DNA from: Heptranchias perlo
Taxonomy: Eukaryota
NCBI RefSeq assembly: GCF_035084215.1
Contig: NC_090361.1
Span: 2,108,001-2,172,000, forward strand
Direction of reading: 5' to 3'
DNA: 64,000 nucleotides
The translations under genes and the position numbers were made by a program. A model generated the notes under the pieces. That model did no database searches and was not told the DNA's origin. It saw nothing but the letters and a program-made list of their open reading frames with translations. Positions 17,985-32,000 of the stretch are shown piece after piece; position 1 is the first letter of the stretch; every line of letters starts with the position of its first letter.

Positions 17985-18412
17985 TGTGAATATTTACACA
18001 CGGTCCCTGAGTGTGAGTGTGTGAATATTTACACACGGTCCCTGAGTGTGAGTGTGTGAATATTTACACACGGTCCCTGAGTGAGTGTGTGAATATTTAC
18101 ACAAGGTCCCTGAGTGTGAGTGTGTGAATATTTACACACGGTCCCTGAGTGTGAGTGTGTGAATATTTACACAAGGTCCCTGAGTGTGAGTGTGTGAATA
18201 TTTACACAAGGTCCCTGAGTGTGAGTGTGTGAATATTTACACAAGGTCCCTGAGTGTGAGTGTGTGAATATTTACACAAGGTCCCTGAGTGTGAATATTT
18301 ACACACGGTCCCTGGGTGTGAGTGTGTGAATATTTACACAAGGTCCCTGGGTGTGTGAATATTTGCACACAGAGTCCCTGGGGGTGTGTGTGAATATTTA
18401 CACAGGGTCCCT
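17985..18412. repeat. 35-bp minisatellite, ~13 copies, upstream of FDX2
   Basis: Unit GTGAATATTTACACA(A/C)GGTCCCTGAGTGTGAGTGT. Confidence 0.97.
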
Positions 18413-19716
18413 GCCCTATAAAGTTTGAAAAGCACTGTAGCCTATTGCTTGAGATTTGCCAAAATTGTGGATAGGTTTGAGTTGTGTATATTTATATTGA
18501 GAATGTTGTGTCATGGATTCCTGCTGTCTCCTTGCAGTGCTCGCCTTCACTGGCCAAGGGCACGAACCTGAAACTGCTCCCAGGCCCATCAAACAACAGT
18601 CTAAAAGCACCTTTACACAACAGGAGCTCAATTCAGCTGCACCAGCATAACAGAAGGTTGGCATTGGCCGTCAGCAGTTGATGGTAACTGTTGTATTTTT
18701 ATTATACACAAGATGGCGATAGAATGGGGAATGACTGAAGAAAATGACTCCTCAGACTGACCAGAACCTGCATCGTGATTGTTGACATAGCAAAAGTGAA
18801 TGGGAAAAGTTGAGAGCAATTTACAATGGGAAAAGTTGCCAGAAATGCACCTTATAGGAAATGAACTTGAAGACTATCTGCACAATCTTAGACATTTAAT
18901 TGAATGCAATTTGCACATTCCTCTCCCCTCCAAGTTAGCTGTGGGACCAGCTCTTGTGGACAGCAAGCTGCTCACCAAAGACAAACTTTTCTTTCATCAT
19001 TTCAATTTTCTCCCTTTCACACCTGAAGGCTCAGAATCCTGTTTGGAGGCCTCTGTAGTCAAACCCTATGTTACAGCCTGTGCAGGAATCCCAGGATGTC
19101 CCCAAGGCAATCAGATTTCTGTGTGTATTGACGTACGAAGATGTTATTTGTGTGCGTGTGGATGCGTTTTCTGCAATAGCACTATTTTAATTGAGGTAGC
19201 AAACAATGTTTCACAAGTTAATTGAACTACAATTTTAGCAGGTTGAGAGACCACAGGGCACCTCAGCTGAGCCAGACTCACACTTTACATACACGCACTG
19301 AGCAGCAAGTGACTGGACAGCGATCAGGAGCAGGAACCAAGGCTGATTGCTTCCCCACTCCAGCCCCAATGTGTCCAGGGCTCACGTGCTGCTCCAAGTG
19401 AGATCAGCTAACTTGGTTCAGAGCAACGGCTCTGACCAGGGACAGTCTCAGGTCTGTGCGGCACAGTTCCACATCTGACAGTATGTTTATCAACTGGACT
19501 ATCAGGGGTCAGAGTAGAATTGAACAGCACTTTGATTCAACTCAAAGCTAGGAACAGCCGCATCAGATTAAGACAGTCAGTATTCTCTCTTCTGTGCTCA
19601 GAAAACTGTACGCAATAATAATGAAGATCTATATAAAAAGGACATTGGCAGTGACCAGGCAAATTTTAAAAAAGTTTTAAAGAAAACAAGCAACAGAATT
19701 AAGAGCAATTTCGAAC

Positions 19717-19722
19717 TTTATT
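19717..19722 (-). terminator. Candidate RAVER1 polyadenylation signal
   Basis: AATAAA on the minus strand followed by a GU/U-rich tract (ctgttgcttgttttc); implies a ~3.1-kb 3'UTR. Confidence 0.45.
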
Positions 19723-22700
19723 AGAGATGTAGACTGTACTCTCCAAACATGAAATTGCATTATGTTCCTACTCAATTACACAGCTGAACTTTTTTTGTCC
19801 AATGATTAAGACATTCCCATCTTTTCAGGCCCTTTATGGCATCTGCCACATCCCACGTAACAAGCAGTCTCCCAGGCCTCTGGAGCACTTGGACCAGCTA
19901 CAAAGCCAACGAGCTTCAGTGTGACTGGCCCATCACCAGCTGCCCCCTCCTCCCTCCAAAGCATGTGGAAGAGTTTTGTTTTTGAGGAAGGGAGTAGCAG
20001 GGAGAGAGCCGTCGAGCATCTCCTCACCTGGACACGGCCAAGGGGCTGAATGACCTACTCCCGCTCCTACGACGGCACAGCCAAAATCAGGGACTCAATG
20101 CAGGGCATGTCACAGGAATGTGGCCTATTGGTCACATCTATTTCAGGCACAAGCTGCACACCCTGTACTATTCCTGCTTCTAAATCAGTGGCAAGGGACA
20201 GTTTGTTAAATTAACCATTTTAATTACACAAGCCATCCCCAGCTTCATCTCTTCTCCCAAGGTGCCCCAAGTGATGATTCGTTACAAGTCAGCCCATACA
20301 GCTCATGTCATCAGGGTGTTCTGGTATAACGCAGCCGAGCCCAATCCTGTCTTCACATACACCTTCCAGCAGGGGTCACTGGTAACCATCAGAAGCAGCA
20401 ATCTTTGCCAACTTACCCTCCTCCCCCCCCCCCCCCCCCATTCACTTCCTAGTTTGAGGCCAACCTACTGGACCATCATGACCATGTTAAACATGGCTCA
20501 AAATCCACACACCCTTCTTCAACCGTTTCCCTTCAGCAGGTGAACCACAGAGACGAGGAAGGTCTGAGGTTCGATCCCCAGTCTTCTGAGTTAGCAGACC
20601 TTAAGCTGGGGTGCTACAATTGGCCATGGTTTGGGGGGAGGAGAATTAGGGCTGGTGTTAATTACTATTCAGTTTCTCTTCCTGGAAAGTGAGCAACAGG
20701 CGAGGGCAGGGTCAAGCTTTGGCTGGCGATTCCTCTTCTCTTTACCTCCTCCACCCCCTCAAGTACCCTGTCAACACTCACTATCCAGGCCCACATGAAC
20801 AGGCATTTTGGTGGGTGTGGAGGGTCACCGACGATCAAGAAACCACATGCCAGCAAGGATTCAACACCTCGAGTGAAGAGGAGAAAATACTGAATTAGAA
20901 CAGACTTTGTATTTTGGTTCCTATACATTTAGCCAGATTCTGGACATTGTGCCAGTTATATTTGCCCAGAGTTCTGCTTGTAACATGATCAGACTAGAGT
21001 CAAAGCACTAAGTAATGTTAAAGGGCTGGGCACTACACAAGTAGAATAGAACAAGACTGTATTGGCGCATAGGACCCTTTTATTTTCTCTCGTACTGGGT
21101 GCTTTGTTTCCTCAGACGCAATTTGTTTATGCACAGCTTATCAGAATTTTTACTGGCCTGTTTGTTTTGGTTGACATTTTTTGCTCCTCTCCCAATGACT
21201 CGCATCCCAGCCCAGCAAGACAAGCGTTCTCATCTGTAAGTCTTCACCAATTTTTGGTGGTTGGGGAGTGGGGGTGGGGGTGGAGGAAGAGAAAGAGATA
21301 AGAAAGGTTCCCAAAGATGTTGTGTATGTTTATTTCCTGCAGTTTCTCCCTGTCCCCTCAACCTTAGGGGAGAGCAGTGGGCATTTAAAGGTGATCTGTT
21401 TTGAAACTCCATCGTGCTGGTAGTTGCATCTTGCAAATTGGATAAATGCTCCGAGTGAAATTAGTTTACTTTCAACTTGGGTCTCAAATCCAGGAATTTC
21501 AAGGACCAGATGTGCGGTAAAAATGAAAAGAAATTCCATCACTAACGAAGCATGGAGGCAAAATAGACATATTTACCAGACAATACAAGCAGCGCAGGTG
21601 GTTAATGTACTGCAAGGCAACTGGAAGAGACTCACAACCCCCTGCAGCTTTAACCTGCACACAGCATCGTAACAGGGGCTCGTGTTTGCAATAACCGCGA
21701 TCTTTTTTTTAATTATATTTACATTTTTTTGCCACTAGGTTCCGCACTTGCCGGTTTAGGGTGTTTGCTCAAACCTAGTGGAAAGTTGCCTGACGTAAAA
21801 GGGCCACAGATAAACCGGCATCAGCAATTCAACATCTAAAGTTTTTGCAGAACAGAAGTTGTGATAAGTAGAAACAAACACTGTTGTGTACACACACGCC
21901 AAATGAAACAGGAAAGACAAAATTAGTTACCCCAACTACTCTGAATTTAAAAAAAAAAGGAAAAAGGGACAACCATGTAACCCTTTTCCTGCAAATAAGT
22001 CCCTAAAAATTACAGATAAAAAAAAGGAACATTTCTAAATTAAAGGCAAAAGTAGAATCACAGAATGAAATGAAAAATTAAGGAAAAATACTAAAATATA
22101 AACCTACAGATGTTAGGGGTATGCACAAGGACTGAAAACCAAACCAGCTGGAGTCAAGATGCACCTTAAAAGGACAGGGTGCAGTACAATTTTAAAAAAA
22201 GGGGGAAAAAAACTGACTAAATTAATTCCCATCCCGTGAAATGTTTGGTGGAAGTTGCACAGGAGCAGAGTAAATCACCAGAGAGAAATAACACCTTACA
22301 CTACTGGGCTTTAAAGTAAAATACTTGCTTAAAACACTGACTGATTAAGTGGGTATTTTGATGCAGCACTGCACACTGAGGGGCCATTTTCCAGCTAGCT
22401 CAGAGAAAAGGCCAAAGCAACTTTTTTGTTTAACGGGTATTATTACTGGGTGGCAAATTTTACAGCCCATTTCACGCATTTTTAAACTTGCAATGGAGAA
22501 AATGTAAAATAACCACTGCACTTCTGAGGGAGTGTAGTTGGAGGCCCATTACTTCCCCACATCATTCGCTGGCCCCACAGCTCAGCCAACCACGAGGTAG
22601 GCGAGAAGGCAAACATGGTGATTTTCACCTCACCGCTCATTCCCTCCCCCTCCCCCACATTTGGCCATTGTGGTTGACACTCAGTCAGTTCTACAAGTTC

Positions 22701-22864
22701 CAGCCTTATGCATACCCCAAATTCACAGATACAAGTTTCCCCCTCCCCTAAACATTAAAAAAAAACAGAAGATTTTTGACACAGATTAAAAACATCTGTA
22801 CAAGATTTACACCCTTAAGCGAAAAATAGCCACGTCATTCTAGATGGCAACGCCAAGTCCCCAG

Positions 22865-23011
22865 CTAAAATATCCTCTTCCTCTTCAGGTAAGAGTCAGC
22901 GTAGTGGCCGCCCAGGCCTTGCGAATGCTGGCCAATATAGCCTCCCTCTGGGCTGGGCTCGGGTGATGGGATCAGGTGAGAAGCAGCACGCTTGTGACCA
23001 ATGAGTGGAGT
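22865..23011 (-). CDS. RAVER1: RAVER1 exon 17 (last coding, C-terminal NLS)
   Basis: [48 protein letters not shown]. Confidence 0.97.
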   Translation of the reverse strand, partial: TPLIGHKRAASHLIPSPEPSPEGGYIGQHSQGLGGHYADSYLKRKRIF

Positions 23012-26000
23012 CTGGAACAGAAAGAATTATCATCTGGAGTCCGATGTTCAACCAACCCTCCCCCTCTCCACTCCCTCAAACTTTCAACCTTCACTGATTA
23101 CAAATTACCAATATGAAGTCCTCATCTGGAGCATATTATGGTTTGGAGCTCCATCGGGCATCAAGTTTGCAAGAGATAATACTGGATCCAAGGAATCGAA
23201 ATTGCAAATATAAAACCCTGGTGTAGGGATATACTTCTAGGGGTTTTCTAGCATGTTTTGGAAACATTGCATTCAGCAGGTCTGCCAGTGACCATTCCAT
23301 TTTTCGGGTTTTGCTCCAGATATTTTCCCCTTGGGTTCAGCACTCAGTGAATGAGCCAGCATTGCCCACAGCCTACTCAATATCTTAGTAACTTGTAGTG
23401 AGCCCAGGGGACAAACAGAAAACCTTCAACACTAGTTCCCTGGTTAATTGACGTGCTCTCACTTAATCTTCCTGGATTTGTCACTCACTGCTGCCACAAT
23501 CGATACCAGCCAATTCAGCACAGACGAACCCGGTCTGTATGACTGGCATTAAGTGGTGTATTTACCAGAGAAAGTTCACATTCTCCACCCCTTCCCTTTT
23601 TATAAAAGGAAAGATATTTTTCTGCCTTTTCATGAACTTCACGACATCCCTGACCAAAGCGAGGGTAAGTCACCTCCTCCTTCCAGGTGTAGAGTGTAGC
23701 CCTGGTAACTTCCCTACCGATGGTAATTGGCTGGGTTTGACACTCTGCCATTCCACGAGGACATGGCTGGGATCTGCAGCCCTACATATGGATGACTCGT
23801 CCCAAAACAGTCCTTAATTAAATACCCATTGAGTGACTGAGTTTAATTCCTCCTTCAGTGGGTTTCAAGGAAAACACGATCTAGTCTGCAAGTCAAATGC
23901 TTGAATTAGTGTGAAGTGATTTCTACCTGTTTATTCAGGATCCCCAGAATCTCAAATCACTGCCTATTTCACAGACAATGCTCCACAAATCCATATTATT
24001 GTGGTTATAATGTAGTCTGTATAGGCACAATGCAGACACGCAACATAAATAGAAATAAACAGAGTCAAAGACCTACGAGAACAGTTACCTTCAGCATGCA
24101 GCCTGGTGGGGAGCTGGAAGGCCGAGCACCTAGAAGTCCTGCCCCGGAGCTCAGCAGTGGATTTAACTGCAACAGAGCAGACGACAGTCACAACTCCAAC
24201 TCGCATAACGTCAGATTCATTTCCTACCGTGACACCAATTATTCCGTAATTCAAGGATTCTGAACACTGAATCGTCGGCCACCTTCCTTCCATAAAAGGC
24301 AGCAAAACCCTTCTCCCTCCCCACACCCAACATTCTGCCGACAAACCCTCTCTGAATCATCAGCCAACCACCAGAAGACAAATGCAGAAAAGTGCTCAGA
24401 TTCTCTCAGGTGAAAAGTAAACCTCACTCATTGAGAGGGGTAACGGATTATCGTAAAAAGGAGAACATTTACAGGTCAGCCATGAAACATGACCGCGCCC
24501 AGAAAAATCTCATGGTTAGTGGGATTTTGCTTTGCACAAATTGTCTGCCACATTTGCCTACGTGGTCTACAAAGCGATTCATTGTACGCGAAGCACTTTG
24601 AGATGTTTGAAGACTGTTTATAGCACCACAAAAATGCACATCCTGCTTGGTCTGGTGATACAATTCACTTTAGTACCAATGTGTGGTGCTAGAGGCACAA
24701 GAGAAAGGATTGTACCAGTGATTCTCCACACTTAGCAAGGTCGACGTAGCAGGGTGTTTCCCCACAAGGACAGGTGGACAGTCCTCCCTCCCTTTCTCAA
24801 ACCACCAACTCTTGCTGAGGTACACCTTCATGTAGACTGGTACTAGAAGGGCCATTCATCACGTGTTAGCCACGACACTGATGGCTGATTTGACTGTGGA
24901 GGGCAGCAGTCGAGCCTGATTCTATCCTCAGTTACACGAACACCCTTTACAGCAGGGATCACTGGTCACAGATCACAAGTGGGAACCCTGGATGATTTGC
25001 CCGTCCCTAGCCTGGGACCTAGAACCCAATCGTAGTGCCCTAGCTGAGATCAGCTAACTCAGCTTGGAATAGGGGGAAAAAAAAAATCAAACCTGGAAGA
25101 CTGAATATTAAAAGGATCTGAAGCACTCAGACCTCATACAACCCACAGGGCAATTGTAGAGCATTCTGAGCCAAAACACACTACCTGCACAATTAGAGAA
25201 CGTTGTGCAGCCCTAGAAAAATTTTTGATCAGCAAGGGTGTCAAAGGATATGGGGAAAGGGCGGGAAAGTGGAGCTGAGGTAAAAATCAGATCAGCCATG
25301 ATCTCATTAAATGGCGGAGCAGGCTCGAGGGGCCGAATGGCCTACTCCTGCTCCTATCTCTTATGGTCTTATGGGTGAAGATCAGCCCTGGATATCTGTT
25401 AAAGAAAGTGCGCCATAATGCATTCTGCTGTTATTGTTGCTCTACCTTGGTGGAGTAGCCCTGTCGGAGTCCTGCTCTTAAGCCACTAGAGAAATAGGAT
25501 GTGGGAGAGCCGGAGTACAGTGGAGGTGCAGCAGGTTCCAAATCATTGTAGCCACATGGAGTTGATCGCTTAAACAAGGAACAGATAGAGTATTAGCAAT
25601 CCTACACTTTAAACTTCTACTTACATTCAACTGACTGAAAGTCATACAAACCCCAGAACAGTCCAGGAGAAACAGCCAGAAACCCTGGCTGGTCTGCCTC
25701 CACTATTTCCCTGTTTCTTTCTCTCTCTCTCTCTCTCGAGGTGCATGCCAGGGGGCAATTTTAGCAGCACTGGCCACCTTTTGATGCATCGGCCAAGTGG
25801 CCATTCGTGTATAAACCCGGACTGTTAGTGCTGGCAGGCTATTTGATCATGGACTGCACTGCAGCCGAGCATGATCTCAACTTCATCTGAAATACACACA
25901 GATTCCCCATTACAGTCACTGGATAGGGACTGGGAGTGAAATCCCTGACTGATTCCCCCGCCAATCCCCACCTTGAGGACAAAGAGACCATTTGGAGAAC

Positions 26001-29000
26001 CCCAAATACCTCCCCTCTGAGCTGAGCAAACACACCAAAGACCAGGGATCGACCTGGAGCAGGGTCTGTATGGTTCTGTATGCTGCATTTTCTCATCTGA
26101 TTGCTAACTTTTACTAAACTGGCCCACTCCAATGTTCTATGCCAAACATTGAAGCTTGAAATTTTACTTTCTTAATTAACAATCGTGGCCAAGTCTTGCA
26201 AAGGAACTGTCCCCGACCTGCTTCACCAAGCTTTTGGTCACCAATCCTAATGTCCTTTGGCTCTGTCAATTTTTGTCTGTTTACGCTCCTGTGAAATGCC
26301 TTGGGATGTTTTGCTATGTTAAAAGTGCTATATAAATGCAAGTTGTTGTACTAATCTCAGTGTATTAACTTGAAGGGGTCTTTATTCTAATCCTCTACTT
26401 TCTTTACCTCACTTCGGTCAGATCCGTATCCTCCAAGTCCATGGTCCCGGGGCAGTGGGTATCGCTCCAGCTCCCTTTCCTAACAAAGAAAGTCACAGTT
26501 AGCTTGGTTTTTCCTGACAATATTTTCCCCTCTAAAGACCATCAACTCCTTTCTGGGGCACCAAATAACAGATTCCACTGGCACCCCATAACTTGTCCAA
26601 CTGACTATTATAGACAGCAGGTGCTTATTCGAATACGCAGTGCATCTTAACCGAGCCCAGTTCCATCTTCACCAGTCACTTTCCAGCAGCAGTTGTTGGA
26701 CAGCAATCACTATTGGGAATCTATGCATGATCTTTAACCCTTCCTGGCTCAGTGTTGCTGAAGCAGACTATAGTTGCCCAAACCCTGCCTGCCCGAGATC
26801 AGCAAACTCAACACAGGCTGGCGACTGAACTGGAAAGGTTCGAGTTTGCATGGCTCAGTGCTGCTGCACTTGGCAGTAGTGATTGCTGACTCTGCCACTG
26901 CACCGTATCATTCAGATGCAGTGTACCTGGAATTATACTTAGTGAAAGGAGCAGTAATGACTTGCGGCTGAATCTAGTAAGGAACAGTCCCTGGCGAAGA
27001 GTCAGATACTGATCAGTTAGTACGTTACCTTGAATGGTTTATTCTAATCAATTCCTTTGTAAGACTTACCTCGATTCTTTCACGTCCGTACCCCCGAAGT
27101 CCTCCTAGGCCAGTGTCACGTGGCAGCGAGTATCGCTCCAGCTCCCTTTCCTAGCCAGAAACAAACCTCAAAGTCAGACCATTCATTTCACTGTAGAAAC
27201 AATTTTTCTTGTCAAGGCCCTTTTCTGGTGTGACATTCCACAGTTACCAGCTGGCACCTCACTCAGGTGCCCATTACACACTCGTCAGTCTCAACAAGCG
27301 ACGGCACAGCATATTCAACCTTCACAGCATCAAAGCCAAGTACAATCCCTTTGCGCATGGGACACAGACCAGCAGCACAAACCCTGGCTAATACTGGTCC
27401 CCCCCAGCCTAGGGCACCGAGATTAACTGTTGATTCCAAACTACTGCCCTGGCTGAGATGAGTTAACTCAGTACAGTCTGGAGGCGGAATCGAAGGACGT
27501 CTGGCCTGTATTACTCAGCTCCACACCACACCAAGTATCAGGAGAGTTCTGACTGCACTATACCTCACTGCTAGATCGACATGGCCATTTGGCCCAACCT
27601 AGCTTATCTGTCCAAGAACCTACAGTCCCCAAGCACCCAGCTGTTTCAAAGGATTCCAGGGCTTTTGCCTCCACGAGATGTCTAATGCTCCCTTTCCTTT
27701 ATAAGATTTACCTCGTTTCTGTCACGACTGTATCCTCGAAGCCCAAGGCCAGGATCACGTGATGGTGGGTATCGCTCCATCTCTCTTTCCTGATAAAATA
27801 AAATTAAAGTTAACTCAAAATATATTGTCAGTTTTCTGCTCTCCCCTTTGAGGAGGTTGAATTTCTGTTGGGGTTCTGTTAGTCACCCTTCTGTGCGAGT
27901 CTCAACAGTAAATGCTGGAAATCTATTCTACCTCGATAAGCAGCACAGCCAAACCAAACCCTGCCCTCACCCGATACCTACACTTTCCAGCAGCAAATTT
28001 GTGCAGCAGATCCCACAAACAGTAAAGAGACAAATGAGCAGTTAACCTGAGGGATAAATGTTGGGCAGGACATCAAGAGAACTACCCTGCTTTATTTCAA
28101 ATTAGTGCCATGGGATCTTTTCATCCACTCAAGAGGACAACTAAGACAATGGTTTAACGTTTCATCTAAAAGTCGGCACCTCCAACCATGCAGCACCCTC
28201 TCAATACAGCAGTGAAGTACCCCAGTGCATTATAAAAGGTCTCAGAACATATCTTCTGGCAATATATTCCAAAATTCTACATTTTTTTTTTAAAAAGCGC
28301 TTTTCCACATTAATGTAAAATTGGAAGTGACCAACCCAGCTGGTGTCCCATTATTCCCAGTATCTTGTTGGCTTATGTGTTATTTCAATTGTCAGTATTC
28401 AACGTCATTTCCCATTTCAGTATTTGCTGTAAACAAACCGATTACCCAGTAGACCAGTGCCCTAAACTTGTAGGAAACGATAGAGGCTCGAAATGAGTGT
28501 TGGCAACATTAGCGGACAAACACCACCACTTCAGGTGTTTGTCCACTAATATTACCGTCTACAATTTCTAGCCTTGCTGTAAAAAGGATTCAGAAGGACG
28601 ACTGCCTGCTGTACTTTATTACAGCAGCATATTCTAGAAAAGGGACACGCTCAATTGCATTAAAACCCCATCATGGTGTTGCAAACTGGCAACATAAAAT
28701 ACATCCCTAACATACCTGTCCATAGTCCCTGTAAGACTGATTGTAATTGTCGTAGCTTTCAAAATTGCCATAACCCGACTGACTGCTGCCAGACTCTGGA
28801 TAGTCACTGATGCCAGATCCCTGTTGCATTCTGGAGCTGGAACTGGGGTAGTTTCCCAGAAGGCCAGTATTATGGCTATAGGACATTGAGTTGCTGGCAT
28901 TGGCTGTCAAGAAGAAACAACATTTTCAGGGCTAAAATGCAATATGCAGCACCGTAACATGCTGCCACGTAACTGTGTTGTGAGCTTTGATGCAGATATT

Positions 29001-32000
29001 TAAGACACCATGTTTAGCAAGGAAAATGATAGCTCAGTGTTTAAAAGGAAATGTACAAATCAGATTCACCATAACTTATTAGATCTCCTAAAGGAGGAAA
29101 TGAAACACAATAGGTTAAAATCTACCAAGAAAAGCTTCACAGAGTATACATTTAATGAGTCATCACATTCCTAATATGATGTAAACAATTGAAGCAAGTG
29201 ATTTGTCACGGCAAAATAGACAGATATTGTGAGGCAGTTACAGTATCTCACACCCTTGCATAGCTCGGTCATCCAGCAATCGCCATGCTGGCCTCTAACT
29301 GCTCAGCCCCTGGAGCTGTGCACTCAGGCGAATACTCTACACATTGACCAAGTAATTTGTAACACTACTTGCCTGTGGACCTTGAAATAAAGTCATACCT
29401 CTCGGTCAACACATTATGCTACACACTCTTCATATGTTTTTCTATTAACTGAGAATCAACACAGCAAAAGCTGAAAAGGAACTCTTCACTTCTCCCAACT
29501 TGTGGGCAGCCAGCACAGCTCTTCGATGGGCCATTCTGCACTACAAGCAAGATCTAGGCTCACACCCACCACAAGCAGTTTACAAATTCTGACCAATTTT
29601 CCAGTTCCCATTGACATTACACAGTCACTGACTGAAGTGTTTAAGAACCAGTAACAGTATCCAATGAGGGAAAGTAGACTTTGAACGTCAGTTGAGGCTG
29701 GGTTGCAGTTTGGTTTTTCTTTGATTGAATTCTCTCCATACCAGACAAAGTTCCCCATGATGGGGTGGGCAGGCAACTCCATTACCATCCACTGGGAGGT
29801 GCTCAAGTGCTGCAAGAACAAGTGAGGCGCAGCAGAGCAAAGTGAATAGAGTTTCACCAAGTTACACAGTGTGAATACACAGACCACACGGTCCAGGGAG
29901 GAAGTGGAGGCAGATAGTGTCGGCAAACAACGGGATAGATGTGTGTCAGGGAAAGGGATTTGGGAGTGGAGAGAGAGCATGGTATTGTGGAAGCAGCCAG
30001 CTCTGTGTCGACCTATTTAACCAAAAATTCACCCTCATTCCTCTATGGAGGCACGGGTCAGGTCAGGGCCAAGAGGGAAATCACGGCACTAATCCATATC
30101 TTCTCACTTCATGGCACATGATTTATGTCAATGAACTTCCGTCAAAGCTGGGGTCAGGAATCACCCCTCTGATTGGGGGTTCAGTAGATTGCAGTTCAAG
30201 CCAACAGGATTTCACTCCTTGAGTTTCACATTCATCAGACTATTTTAGGAAAGAAATTGCAACATTTACTACATTACCCCTTCCCTACACCCTTCAAACA
30301 CAAGTAAAATTAAGCTAACAGACTGCTCCTTACCAGGCAGGTTAACAGGGAACACACTTCGCAAATTGAGATATGGGTTCTGAGGCATCCGAAAGTCTTT
30401 TGGTGGTTCTCCCAACAGAGACGGCTGCAATACAAGATGCGGTAGTACATTATTTGTAGTGCAGTGTATCCCCTCCACGTTCTCACCACACCCTGTCTGC
30501 ACTATCCCAGCGAAAAGGGTGGCTAAATGTCCTACTCCGAGGCCTCCTCCAATCCCATTGCCTGAAACACACAAATTTGCTCTTCCTCCCTCTTTATGGA
30601 GACACGTGTGGGACTGCAGATGGAAACTCGCCCTCTAACACGGTGCTGGAACTCCACTGCGCTGCACTGTCCCAAAGTAGAATAAAGGTTCAAGAGATCA
30701 GGATACTATTTATTTTAGATACCTCCAAAATATGGTGTATCCTTTAGTTACCATCAGAAAAGCTGGTTAGCATTACCCCATTTTACATTCATTGTAGCTC
30801 TTCAAACACTTAAAGCAGCACAGTCTGGTTGGCAGTCCACCATACACCATCAGCAGGGAAGAAATGCAGATTCCATCTCCCACTCTGCTCCACTATTTGG
30901 GGGAGGAAATGTTGGGGGCAGGGGGGTCCACATACTCTCCTGCAGGAAGAGGGCACTCTCTCACACTATGTCAGCTCAATACTGTCAGTCAGAGAACCCC
31001 CCCCACTCCTGGTCACAAGCAAATGGTCTGTGGACCCTAAGAAACCAAAGACAAAGGGGAGTCAGTGATCTCAATCAAATTGCTTCATAACCAGGGCCTT
31101 CAGTAAATAAACTGAGGGAGCCTCAGTCTAGCTCACTGTAGACACAGATTTGGCACCAATGCAGACAATTTTGGCCAGATACAAAGTGCAAACAGAATCA
31201 AGAAACTGATGCACTTTAGTAGCGGCTGGGCTGTTTAAGGTTGAAACTCAGTTGTATGATTGGAGCAATGATTCCATTCAGAAAGTGATAGTCTTGCTAG
31301 TCTTAATGGCTTTATCCTCGTCCTAAAAATTCTTACCTTCTTCCTTCCCCGAGTATTTCAAAAGAGAGAAAGTTGCAAACCTAGCCATGCAATGTCCCTC
31401 TAACATTCCTACCTGTAACTTTTCTCTGTACCCTTTCTAATGCGAGATCATCTTTCTTGTGGTGACCACGATCAAGCATAGTGTTCCAAAAATATAGTTT
31501 GAACAGTGCATTGTAAAACTCAAGTATAACTTCATTTTATTCAACTACGGTACAGATCATGGACAAAAACCTTAGATAGGAACAGTACAAGTTTAAATTA
31601 CTCTGAGGGCTCAGTTAATATTCACAATCCATGAACTAATCTAAACACTCTGCTTGCATTTTACTCACTCCAAATTCTAATTTTGCAATGGTTAAAAACA
31701 CAAAAAATGACTAAACAATTAGCTGCAAGGAATTGATGAGTCCTGATAATACTGTATAAAAACAGAAAGCCCAGTGTGACTCCTGTAAACTATTTAAATC
31801 TTGACCTCTCACCCCTGATGTGGCCGAGCCAGTCTCCACTTGCGACATGTTTTGATTCCTCTGTTTCTGCAAATCACTGAGCACAGAGCCCAGAATAGAT
31901 GTGGGGATTCCTTGCAGAGGAGCCGGGGTAACTGGAGGAGGGCTAACTTGCCGCGATCGAGACGGATTCTCCATCATTCCCTGCATGTCTGCTGGCATTT

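Noticed and set aside
20560-20610. GGTTCGATCCC as a tRNA gene
   Set aside because: Isolated B-box of a decayed SINE; no cloverleaf
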